A stretch of 64,000 bases of DNA from Schizochytrium sp. TIO01 (lineage: Eukaryota; Protista; Bigyra: Labyrinthulomycetes). The notes under the pieces are model-generated. The model ran no database searches. It saw only the letters and a list, made by a program, of their open reading frames with translations, and was not told the DNA's origin. Where the stretch lies: positions 782,436 through 846,435 of the forward strand of contig SMSO01000031.1 in assembly GCA_004764695.1 (NCBI GenBank), written 5' to 3'. Within the stretch, counting starts at the first letter, position 1. Each line of letters begins with the position of its first letter. Below, in pieces: positions 48,603-60,836 of this stretch. A program made the translations under genes and the position numbers.

Positions 48603-51024
48603 CGTTTCAAGTCTAAGCCCTTCGTAGCCAAGTTCTATGCGTTGTGCACCAGCTTCTCCAAGCCCAACTCGAAGTTCTTCCCGTTGCTCGAGCTCCTCGT
48701 CCAGGTTGTTCACAAGAAAAGCAGATCAATCATTCCGCGATAGAAATCTGCAGTCGGTCGAACGATTAAACAGGTGATCAATTGCATGGAATCTTTGGCT
48801 TCGATTGGGTGCTCGAGAAAACTTCTCGCGAGTATTGCTTCAAAAAAGCAGCAGCAGCAGCAGCAGTAGCAGCTCTTTCTTTCTCTTATTCGGTTGGAGC
48901 TGCTCGATCTCGGCTCGTGGCAGGCCACGGGAATCAGGCACGCTAGGTGCGACGGTAGATTGAGGGAATCTTAACGTGCGGAAGAGCCACGGCAACCTGC
49001 TACCTACGTAGGGTGTGCGGAGTCGAAATGAGTAGATTTGATGGCTGGAAACTGACTTCGAGTGAGTCTCTCAATTGAAGACAGGCACCGTTGGAATGAA
49101 GGAATCTACTGCTGCTGGCCATTCCTTGTTTTCTGCTCTCCAGTTAAATTAATTTGATTGAAAAGATTTTTTCATTTATTTGCTTATTAAACACTTGTAT
49201 ATGAATATATATGCATTTATGTATATAGTACTACTTTTAGCTTTTGTTTATTTACGTCTGGAAAGAAACGACGTTTATTAAAACGTAAAATAAAAGACTT
49301 TTCTAACTTAAATTGAAAAAGAGCTGTATACTTGTATTGTTTCCGTGGATTGATCTAGGAAGAAGGAGCGACAAAGAAAAGGCAAGTCCCCAGTTACTGG
49401 TTAATCGATCTGAAATAGGGGGAATTTGGGTCGCTTGCTTTGCATTTAGGTAACCGGGGTGATGAAGCGAAACTTGATTCTTTGAGGCCCAAACGTCGCG
49501 ACGGAAGATATTCGTGCGGGTTGCGATCTTTTGCGCGCTAACATGCATTCTATAGCATTCCGCAGAATGGAGATAAATGAAAGGTTGTCCGTTCGAGCCA
49601 ATCTACCTTCAGTTTTTTTATTCAATTTAATTAAAACTATTTATCTCCTCATATTATGATAACAGTCTGGCCTTTTAAATCATTTAGCTTTATTTTTTTA
49701 TTATTTTTTAAAGTTTGTTTTATAATGAGTTTTTTTGTTTGATTAAGCAGCGCTACTGTTCTTTTACTTCTAAATACATGGTGTACGAAAATGAAGACTC
49801 GTTCAATCCCTCGCTCAACTAGCTTTCTTCCGCTTGTGCTGTAGAGGAGCTGGGTAAAGCCGCAGGCCGCGATTGCGAATCATTTTGTACACGTATCTAT
49901 GTCTTCCTTCCATTTTTACGTGGATGGCTAAATTATTTATTTATTTATATTTAAGCATATTTATTTTTGTTTTTTATTATAGCCGAGCTCGACACGTTAA
50001 ATAAAATACAGTTTAGGATAGCTTCGTTGTTTTAAAATATTTTAATAAATATATAAACATTGTTTTAAGTTGAGATGTATTTTATTATCCACTCGACGAA
50101 GTTTTAATGATATTAAAACATTTACAATTGTTTAAATAAAAATTTCAAAGAATGGTTTTCTCGTTAGAAAGCGAGGGGGAGGAAAAAATGATTTCAAATA
50201 ATAATAGTAGAAGGGGTGACCAGAAGAATGAGATTCTGCACTCGTAAGTTTTGATGTAAATCTCACCAACTCGAGCACCCAGTTTCAATTGGCACCACTG
50301 CACTATCATCAGCACTTCACCGATGACGATTTCCACGAATTGTTTGAGCCTGTATGCTACTCCAACCCTATTGCCCAGGTAAGTAGCCTTAGAGCCAAAG
50401 TGTCATTTGTGCTACGATTCGAGTGGATTTCCTCTCATGAGAGAGGATTAGGTAATCATATTCATCGACGTGTTAGCCTGCAGGGAACGTGCTTGCTGAC
50501 CACGTAAACATTCTCCCTTAATTACCTTGATGTGATGATTAGAAAATCAATAGCAGAATACATCATTAGAAGAGCTTGCAAAAACATTAAGCGATGCGTG
50601 TTGGTCCCAGTGGCAAGGGTCTTTTCTTTTACTAAAAGCTAACCCTCAGAACGATGAAACTCAATTCTGCCTCAAAGTTTATGTTATGTAGATATTATAT
50701 ATGTGTTTTTTCCCTTTAAGGATAAGAATTTCCATCAATTGGATGGAAGCAAAGCCTGCCTAAGATTGGTGACCACGGCAAGCTCCCACGTTCGCGGCGC
50801 ATGGCCCAGACACGGGCAGTAGGCACCCATTGAATAACCACTTGGATTTGAAAGTGAACGAGAGGACTGCAATGGTAACATTATTTTAAAGTATCGTACT
50901 TGGTCTCTCGATGAAAGTGAGTGTCTGAGTGACGTCTTTGTCGAGAATGTGACAAACTGAGGGCGGTTCAAGCAAGAGACCTTACGAGGAGTAGCGGCAA
51001 CTTTATGGATAACTAATTCTGCAA

Positions 51025-51106
51025 AAAACAAATAAACAAACAAATAAGACAAACAAACAAACAAACAAACAAACAAGACAAACAAACAAACAAACAAACA
51101 AGACAA
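51025..51106. repeat. (AAAC)n imperfect microsatellite
   Basis: Directly visible. Confidence 0.9.
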
Positions 51107-52679
51107 ACTAGCATCTGCTAACATAATGGTAAACGGGTAAAGAGCAAGCCACTAGAATTCGCTAATGATTTACTTATGTGCTACTTACTACAAGAAGTGT
51201 TGCCAGAACTTGCGCTAGATTGGATGCGCATTCGGAGATGCAGATCTCTCAATCAGGTCGTGCTGAGGACCACGTGGTGCTGATCATGAATATGATATGC
51301 AGAGATCAACTGAGTGTGTGGCCCAGGAGCAGCACACAGATGTTTCTGGGAGAGCCTCTCTCTCTCTCTCTCGAACCTCTCTGGAACGTTTAACCTTATC
51401 CCATTTTATATTGCAAAATGTGTTACTTTTTGCGGCCCATGGCCCAGAACTTAAGCTCAGATGAATCCTCTTTTAAAGAGCATTCCTACAAGGTAATAAG
51501 CAGAGAAATAAAACACAAGATAAGAAAACATGGTTTGTTCCAAAGTCCATCGCATGCTTCAGCGACATTTCCACTCTGCACAAAGCTTGCCGACTTTGAC
51601 AGAGATTCGAAGTCAGCCACCTAGCCAATTTAATCTACCTGTCGGCGGCACGAATTCAGATGACCATTTATGACGCGAGCGCTCTCTCGGCAAACGAGAG
51701 AGCGAACAGAGCTGAGCACAGCTTTCCATCTGTGAATTGCTATTACAAATGCTGCTACTAAAAAAAAGTACTAACAGCAAGCGAGCGAGCGAGCGAGCGA
51801 GCGAGTGAGCGAATGAGCGAGCATGCGAGCATGCGAGCAAATTGAGGCCCGCTCGTCGCGGGAAGGAGCAGCGGACGGCGTGCTTCTTTACACCCATAAA
51901 TAAATACCCCAAGTTAATTCATTCGGATCAGGGCGTATAACCGTGAAGACCGATTAATGTAAGACGAATAACGGATGAATGGATCATTGGATCAATAAAT
52001 TAATGAATGAAACCAATCATGTCCCTGGGCAATTTAAGTTACGCTGGCGCAGTGAAATGAGCAAAATAAGCTCACTGACTCACTCGTTTTTTATTTTCAT
52101 AATTTTTTGTCCAAGCAAGCACACAAGCAACAAGAGGTCTCTATAAACCGCCGATGTCGTATCTCAGTTCACTAACCTTGCCGAGAAGAGAACTTTGACT
52201 GGAATTACTGCAGGTTTGCTGAGCTCTGCCGTGAGTCGAGCCACTTGTGTGTTCGTGCCGTGCTTAAGCTTAAACCAGTAGATACAATTATTAAAGACAA
52301 CAGCAAACGAAGTAACATACATTCGCAAGACATTCGATTCTATCTCCTATGTAGACAAACACAACTGTTGCATTTGTAAGTGGGCAGAAGAGCGAGCGAG
52401 CAAGAGCCTATCCTGACTCCTCGCTTTCTAACTGCTCACTCCTTCAGGCTCAACCAGAGTGCTATGTTTTCCATCAAAGCGTCTAGAGCGACCGAGGAAA
52501 CCAACTCGTAGAGTCAGGGGCAGTGAATGCGTGCACCGTCAAGGTCGAACCGTGAATCTGCGCGCGACCTGCCAGCACTGATTCAAAGACAGATTTCCAC
52601 TCCCTCATAGCTATAGCTATCTATCTATCTGTAGAGTAGGCGCGAGTTAGTGCTCACGCATTCGCTACTAGTTTACTTT

Positions 52680-52747
52680 CACACATTTACACATTTACAC
52701 ATTCGCACATTTGCACGTTCACAAATTTGCAAATTCACAAATTCACG
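52680..52747. repeat. Drifting 8-mer tandem array (ACACATTT to CACAAATT)
   Basis: Directly visible 8-bp periodicity with progressive unit change. Confidence 0.75.
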
Positions 52748-55700
52748 ACCTGATTAATTCCTTCGCTCGTCATTGGCATTTCCCAGCACAGTAGCACCAC
52801 GAGCAGCTTCCGCAAAAGCCGCCGTCGACCTCCATGGAGGGAATGAATATTCCAATACAAGCGGCTGGAGCTCCAAAGCTTTCTTTTGCACGAGTCGCCG
52901 CCACAAAGGTGTCCGGGACTGCTCCGATCAACTTACATCATATAAAGAAGCTTCTGCTAGTAGTAGGAAAAAAGCAAAACAAAAAAGCAAAATAAAAACG
53001 CTTTTCCTCCATATTTACCAATATCATTTTCATTCTTTCTCGTGGACCGGCCTCCACAAGCGGGGTCGGACGACCGGCGCCTCAGGAGACGCCGCACGAA
53101 GCGTCCATGGAAAGATTAGCTTGCTTGCTCACCCTCTTCTCCGCTGCCCCACCTCGAGTTCTGGCCCGAATTTGACGAAGTTCTTCAATTCGAGTTGCTC
53201 TCCTCGCTAGTTCCTTTTATTCTTCAAGTCTCTGCTGCCGTGAAGCGGTTCCGAGGGCACTTCGTGGTACTTTGCCAGCAAGTCTGCCTCTTATGGTTTA
53301 CAATAGCCGCACCCCTACCCGTCTGATGGGGTCTCGCACAACACACGTTCGTTGCTCATTCACTGCAAACAGCGGTCTTTCTGTTCGTTGCCATTCCTTT
53401 TGGAAAGCAGGACACCGGCCACCAGAGCAAGCAAGCAAGCAAGCAAGCAAGCAGTTCTAATGTACGACTTGGCTGGTGCTCGACTCGAGAGCGGTGGCAG
53501 AGTGACATCATCAAACGCAACTTGCTTGGTGCTTTCATTCAGGCGATCTCGATCGCAGAGGCTTTTTTTGTTGTTGTTGGCTTTTAGTTTATGGTTGTGC
53601 TTTCCGTGTGCTTTTTTACAGTATACTGTATTACTATGGTGTATTTTTAAAACGAGCATTCGATTCTTTGAGTGAGTGATCATTCGGCTCCTCCGCTCTG
53701 TTAGTTTTTAGTTTATTCATTAAAATTTCATTTACTAATTCTTTTTTTCTTTCTTTCTTCTTTCTTCTTTCTTTCTTTCTTTCTTCTTTCTACTACATTT
53801 GTCTTTAGTAGGATATCTTGCTTGTTCCGGAAATCTCCAAGCACGCAATGAGGTTCAACCATTGTTGAATCTGGCGATTCCCACAGCACTCCCTCCTGCA
53901 CGGGTCGATGCGGGGATGGGCCCTCACAACGGAGCCCCGCAGAGCACATCCAGAGAGGAAAACACAGGCTCAGTGCCGATTGCTTCCGGTTCCCTCGTGG
54001 GCGAGCAGCGAGTAGCATAAAGGCAGATTTACAATACAGTATTAACCTTCACTCAGTCATTCATTCACTCAGTCAGAGAACTCCTTCTTTGCACAATGAT
54101 GCTTTGTTTGCGCTGCCCTCGTCAATGTGCTACGAAGCCTCGTTTTCGCATACTTTCTAGAGTCCCCATCGCCCTCTCGAGTAGTTTTGGTAGTTCTTAG
54201 CCAGAAAAGCTTTTCAAATTCAAAGAGAGAGAGAGATTTTATTATATAATGTTTAGACGATGTTTTTTAGTGCCACAGAGTTCGGAGTGCTCGAAGAACG
54301 GGGAAGAGAAAGAAGAATTTAGAGCGAGCAAGCAGATGCAAAAGAGCGAGCAAAAAAAGCGAGATGAACCTTTTATTTTCTGAATTCCTGTTCGAGTTTA
54401 ACAAATAATCATTTCCCCTTAGTCATTGTGGAAGTTAGGCGGTGAGTCCATCAAAAACACAGGGCTTCGTAATCTGGGAAGTACGTGCTCTCATTGTTTC
54501 CTTTCGTAAGGATGACATTGTGATTTTTTTTTATCGATTTGTTTCCTTCTTTTAAAAAAAAAAAAATAAAGAATAGAGTTGGCCTCGAAGTCGTCTTTAA
54601 ATTCAATAAAATACATCTGCTCCGTCTCCTTATTTTAAAATGTTTTTTTTTTAAAGATAAAATGTATTTTCTAATTTATTTATAAAACTAACTTTAAAAT
54701 GTTTTTCGTTGGATAGATATAGTTTCCTTTGTAAGACCTCAATACCAACGTCAGAGAGGAAATAAATAGGCATCGAGAATGAAGGGAAAAAAGGAAAGAA
54801 AGAAAAAATAAAAAAAGAAAGACAGACAGACAGACCGACCGAACAAGACCGAACAGGTCGCTTTCAGAGATGAGATTCGCTCTTCGCGACGATGACGAAG
54901 ATTGAGAGAAGAGGAAGCCTGTTAGCGGCAGTCAAGTGAGCGAGCAAAGCAGTCGGTCAGTCCTCAGAAAGCTCAAACCTCAAAGAAGCACCCAGAGAAG
55001 AACCGATACACAGCCGGGGCTGTTGCTTTCCTCGCTGAGCCTGAGAACGTGCGACCAAATGATGACTACGGATCATGCAAGAAATATATGAAAAACAAAA
55101 ACAAAACAAAAAACACAAACAAATCGTGTATTTATACGCATCTCATGTATTTTTATTACTGAAAGAAGGCTGTTCTTTGTTTTTTTTAATGAAGTACTTT
55201 TGGACGATCCTACTTTGAATAAAATATAATATTCATAATATTTATATTTTTATTTTAACATCATCAGAGCAAACAAAGCAATGAAACGATGGACGTCGCA
55301 GATTGTTGTGGTACGATAGCTGCTGCTTTCTTCTTCTGCTCGAGAACAACACGCAGAACGGGTGCTGCGTTCTGATGCGCGACGAGGCGAGAGCCGCGGC
55401 TCTGCGGACTGCTTCGACAAAGCTGGCGCCGCCCCGAACAGCCGGAGTTCCTGCCTTCGTTCCTTCTCCGCACGATTTGACAGAGCGCCGCAGGAGAGAA
55501 CAAAAGCAAACAGAGAAGCCAACAAGAACAAAAACCAGGAAAAGGAAGAACTCCGCAGGAAAGAGCGAAAGAGAGGGAGAGAAAGAAAGAGACAACTACT
55601 CCCAACTTCCTCGTTATACCCTTCTGGGAGGGTTCTTTCATTTGTTATAAATATTTTAATTATTATTTTCTTTTAAAGTTATTTATTTAAAAAAAAAAAT

Positions 55701-56114
55701 ATTTAAAAAAGAGCGAGCTTGCGATGAAATCAAAGCACAACCTGACCCATCCATCCATCCTTGGTGAAAGAAGCCCTCCGTTCTGATGCTGCTACTGCCG
55801 TTGCTGCTGTCGCTGGTGGAGGCCGAGAGCCGCACGTCTCAAGCTTGAGGTACCCGCGTGTCAACTTAGTTGGCCGTCTTGCTTGCTTAGCCCCATCTTG
55901 GATCTCAGTGGACGGGCTCAGCGATTCCAAGTTAATGAGGCAAATGAAATATGAAATTCAATGTGGATGCCGATTTCGCTGTACCGACATGCGTACGTCG
56001 AGGACTTACTTATTCATTTCATTGGCGGCGACGGCGATGAGGACGACGAAGGCAATGAGCAGGAGATGGCCGTGGCGATTGCTTCGAGGCAGCAGCATGA
56101 AGAAACCAAACGCA

Positions 56115-56190
56115 AATGAATGAATGAATGAATGAATGAATGAATGAATGAATGAATGAATGAATGAATGAATGAATGAATGAATGAATG
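56115..56190. repeat. (AATG)19 microsatellite
   Basis: Directly visible. Confidence 0.95.
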
Positions 56191-58990
56191 CGAAACTCTA
56201 AAGCTGGGCATCCTGCGAGGGCCAGTTTAGCTTAGTTTAGTTTCGTTCAGTTTAATTTAGTTAGCATCGTTGGAGGTATCCATCCATGTCTTTATTGCAC
56301 ATAAGTGCCCAGAAACTTGAAGACCGCGGCGCTCCGGAGCATCGAGCTCACGAAGACTTTAGCGGTGTCGAGGGCTGTGAATTTATGCAGACTCGAAGGA
56401 CCTCCTGCCTGTAGAAGAAGAAGAAGAACAACAACAACAACAAGTGGAGCAGACTTTGGGTTTGGCGCGAGGCATCCAATTTCATTTCAATTCAATTCAA
56501 TTCAATTCAATTATCCCGCAGGCAGTTTGGGTTGAATTTGATGTGCAATTTGCGCAACGCAGGGTTGGCGGCTTGGATTTACAGCTGAGATTTGCGTGGA
56601 CACGAATTCATTCGATCAGTCGATAGTCCGATGTGATGAAATGGACGAAGGAAATGATGCACAATTCCAAAGCTTATGCTGCTGATGCTAGTCGGTCTTT
56701 GCGGAGCGGCACGCCACGCCACGCCTTGCACGGAGAGGAGGCCGGTCACGATGGTGGTGAAGGAAGCACGTCATCTCCAAAGCAAATCGACTTCAAGTTC
56801 CTCTGCCGCCGTCGAAACCGCCTTCTTGGGTGCCTATCCATCCTTGTAAGTATATATGTATGTATGTATGAATGAATGTATGAGTTACGACCGCGAGGAG
56901 CAAAAATGTCGATGACGGCTTCGGCAACTTTGATGAGTGCGCAACGCATTCATACATACATAAAGACATCAGTTCATAAGTACATAAACAGATAAAGACA
57001 TGCAACGGCAGACTCCACACAGAGTCAGTTGTTGGAGTTGCGCTTCGCGCGACAACGCGTTGAAGCTTTTGCGACGCAGATTCTCAAGGCCTTTGTTTGT
57101 TTCTTCTCCGGGTTCTCCTCGATCGCTGTCTTCTGCTGCTGTCTATTGATTGCCGCTTTCTTTTGCAGCCTTCTTCTTTGGAATGAATGAATGAATGAAG
57201 GAATGAATGAATGAATGAGATTTTTAGTTTTGGCCAACTTCCTGTTTTTTCCTCGCAAGAGGAGGAAGGAAGTTCTGTGGCAGGCAGGGCCCGTCTGTTC
57301 TCAAGAGCAGACCCATTCAAAGGGCCGTCCATCCAAAGCGAGAACTGAGCAGCAGCCTTAAAACCCAGCGATCAGATGAAGCAAGCTAAGCTGAGCTACT
57401 GTTCGACAATCAGAGGCATGCGAGCAAAACTATCTTCAAGAGACAGCGGATCGCAGCAGGTTGGAATTAAGTATCCATCGCTCGTTGACTGCGTCCTTTC
57501 CTTTATCAACCCCCCTTCCTCTTGCTGTGAGGAATAGATATAAATGTATGTTTGTTTATGTGCCTCTCGTCCATTGACATTTTCTTTAAATTAAAACTTT
57601 GTCAAATGAAATTGCGAAAATTAAAATGCTTGCTTCGATGATAATAATAATAATATGGGAAATAAAAAAATGAGGGGGGAAAAATACTTCCTCTGAACAG
57701 ATCGAAGAGAAGAATAACCCATAGTACCTCCTCTGTCGCCTGGCTTTTTGGATAAAAGCAGGGGGTCCCTTCGGCCGACATGTAGTTCGTATCAACGACT
57801 CGAAGGGCCTTTCTCTCTGTCTCTGCGCCAGAGCTGTTGGCATTTCTTGGTTTCACCTGGCGAAACACCATTGCATAAGTAGTAGCACCAACCAAACCGT
57901 GGCCATCTCTCATTCTAAAATAGTCTTCAAGCTTTGTAGTTTATTTCATCCCTTCCCTTAAAAAAATATAAATAGAATATACTAAAACCGTGATAAACAC
58001 GCAGGTTCTTTTGATTTATATTTTCAAGCAGAGCACAAATTATTTTAATTTAATGTATCTAAATTTGAAAGAAGAATATATATATATAATAAAACTACGT
58101 TCGTTTGCAACTTATTTTCGGACAGCTTTTCTTTTCACGACACTGTTTTAGTCATCCGCTCGGAGACTCTTTGATGTATCTATGTATGTATAAATAAATG
58201 TCTGTATGTAAGCCAAGCTCTCTCGCCTGAGCTGCTCTGCTCTGCTCTGCTCGCATGCTTGCTCGTAGCTTTGCTTTCTGATCGTCACGTGTGTCACGAT
58301 CTGCAACTGTGAAGGACAAGAGAACATAGCCGAGCAGGCGCTTTCCTCGCAGATTGAGTGCAAACAAACACGCATGCATAACGACGCATGCGTGCAGGAA
58401 TGAATGCAGGCCTAGATTCTACAAGAAGTTAGCGTGTTTGTTTTTTTGACAACACAGCTGCTCAAAGATGCATCCTTTATCATCGCCGATTTACGGGTTA
58501 GAAAAATATAAACGTAAGTTCGACATCGGTACTTGTGAGTCTTCTTCTACCCCATAATATAAACATGATCAGATAAATCAATACATAAATACATAAATAA
58601 AGTATGTAAGCCACACGGAACAGAAGACAGACGCACGGCCGCCAAACGGCCCGATTATTAAGGCAACCCGGTCTTTAATTAATTGGGTGTTGAGTGATAT
58701 CGATTGAGAGAGTGATATTGATTGATGAGAGGCATTGGTTGCGTAATTGATTGGTTCGTCGGTTTTCAGTTAGTTTTTGCATGGTTTCTGCATGCTAAGT
58801 ACGAGTTAGTTCTTATGGAAAGAAGTGGTTGATTGGTTGGCTACTCTTGTGTTAGTCGAGCTGCTAGTCAGTTAGTTAGTTAGTTCTCGCTCTGTTCCAG
58901 ACAAGATTCCCTGGTGCCTCAGGCCTCGTCAGACTGTTTGTGTTGTTCTGCTTTGTTTTGAAAGAAAAGAAAAGAAAAGAAAAGAAAATA

Positions 58991-59285
58991 CTGTTTTTAT
59001 TTGCCACTCATTCTTCACGCTGAGGTTTTTTATTTCGTGTTATCTTTACATTATTTACTAAAAAAGTTATTGTTTATTTATTAAACAATCTGCCTATCCA
59101 TGTCTGATGTGTTTGTTTTTTTTTAAATAAAAATAATATTGTTTTATTTGCCACTCATTCTTCTCGCTCAAATCTTTTATTTCGTTTTATTTTTTTCTAG
59201 TTTTTATTATAAGAAGCTACTGTCTTAAATAAATAGTTTGCCTATCGTCTCTTCAAATCTGTTGTGTTGTTTTTGTTTTGTTTTT
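58991..59285. repeat. Diverged tandem duplication, period ~147 bp
   Basis: TTTTATTTGCCACTCATTCTT(C)NCGCT...TTTTATTTCGT..TGCCTATC occurs twice (TTGCCACTCA at 59001 and 59148). Confidence 0.85.
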
Positions 59286-60836
59286 CGTCGTAATACCACT
59301 GCTGATGCTGTAAAAGCAGTTATGGATGGTTTGTTTCATCTTTTTCTTTTTTTTTAATATGTCGTCAACAAAGGTTAAATAAAATACGTCATTCTTTGTG
59401 CCGACGTTGTTCACGTTTTTCATGCTGGTAAAAATTTGTGGCTATTTAACTGGTTTCGCGTTTGCTGTTTTTGTTCCCTTCCCGCTTATTTAGTGCAGAA
59501 CTCGACATCTGCTTTCTACCAAGCACTTCCTCGCTCGTTCTTCACTGCCAATGGTCAGCTCCCTCTTTTCAAACCTTTTCTGTTTAATTATATTAAAAAA
59601 AAAATTAAAAAAAAAGGCAATCGACTTTAATGTTTTTATTTCGGAAAACAGAATCTCCCCTCCTATCGCCATTTTCAGACAAATTTTTTCGTCAGGGACT
59701 GAAAGTTATTAAAAGGAAAAAAGAAAAGCCTTTGTTGAGTGCGCGTCCTAAAATGGCCGGGTGGCGGACTCCTGCAAAACGTCCCCTCCACAAGAGCGGC
59801 TTCCTTTTCTTTATTCTCTTTTTTTTTTAAATCTCTTTTATCAACCGACGCTCAGCCCTTACTCAAATTTTAAGCACCTTTTAAGAACGACTTGCCCTTG
59901 CTTTATTATGTCACTCTGCGACCAATCGATTGCCTCTTTTTGCCCCTGCTAAACCGGTACTCGCTATAAAAGAAAATATGAATTTAAGAACAAAATGCAA
60001 ATGGTATTTTTAATTACTCTATAGTAGCGACTAGGCCTGAGAAATAATAAAATCAGACAAGCATTCTTATGAGTCGGGTTTTCCACATTTATTCTATTTT
60101 ATTTATTTTATTACTCCCCCTCCTCGCTCTTCCCTATTGCAACAGACGCCGTACTTTAATGCCTTCTAATTCATGTCTCTTTTTTTTTATTTCTTCCTTA
60201 CGCGATGACTGTAGACTCTCTCTCTCTCTCTCTCTCTCTCCGGCCTCCTTTCATTTAAAAGAATTGAAGCCTGTAGTTTTCTCCATATAATACACGGGCG
60301 AAAAGGCTTTTAAAGGCTTTAAATGCTTTTTTTTCCTGGGCGGCCCTCTCAGCTAATTTGCTCTAAACGCATTGATACGAACCTAAGGAGGCCCCGCCGT
60401 GGGGCGCCAGGAGCGGCCGGCAAACCCGAAACTCGATCAAAGGCCAAGTCGCCGCTTCCGCCCTCAAGCTACTACTTCCTTTCTGTTAAGTACGCTTTGC
60501 TAAGGAGCTGCTAGGAAGGAGAAGGACTAAGAAAGCACAAAAGAAATCGAGAAGCAAAACCCGAATTCGAAGAGATTGACTCAGCAACGTCAGCGACGAC
60601 GAGTGAGAAGCTTTCTCGTGGCAATAATTGATAGCTCTACAACAAGAAGAAGAAGAAGAAGCTCTAAGAAAGCACAGCAGAGAGCGAGCTCTTGCGATAG
60701 ATTTTGCTTGCTGTCGGCACGAACAAAAGGTCTGCTGAGTAGTGATTTGAGTCCCGCAGGTTGTGGGACAAGAGATTCTGGCAAGATTGCACCTAAGCAG
60801 AACCGCATCCCAAACGCGGCAGCACCCGCGAGCAAA

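Noticed and set aside
57602-57913. Protein-like short minus ORF (ALRVVDTNYMS), possible second captured gene fragment
   Set aside because: Could not be assigned to a family, and no flanking direct repeat was found.
60576-60836. 87-codon in-frame extension upstream of the zinc-finger ATG
   Set aside because: TTG start, low-complexity (GAA)n content and no coding-like composition; treated as 5' UTR.
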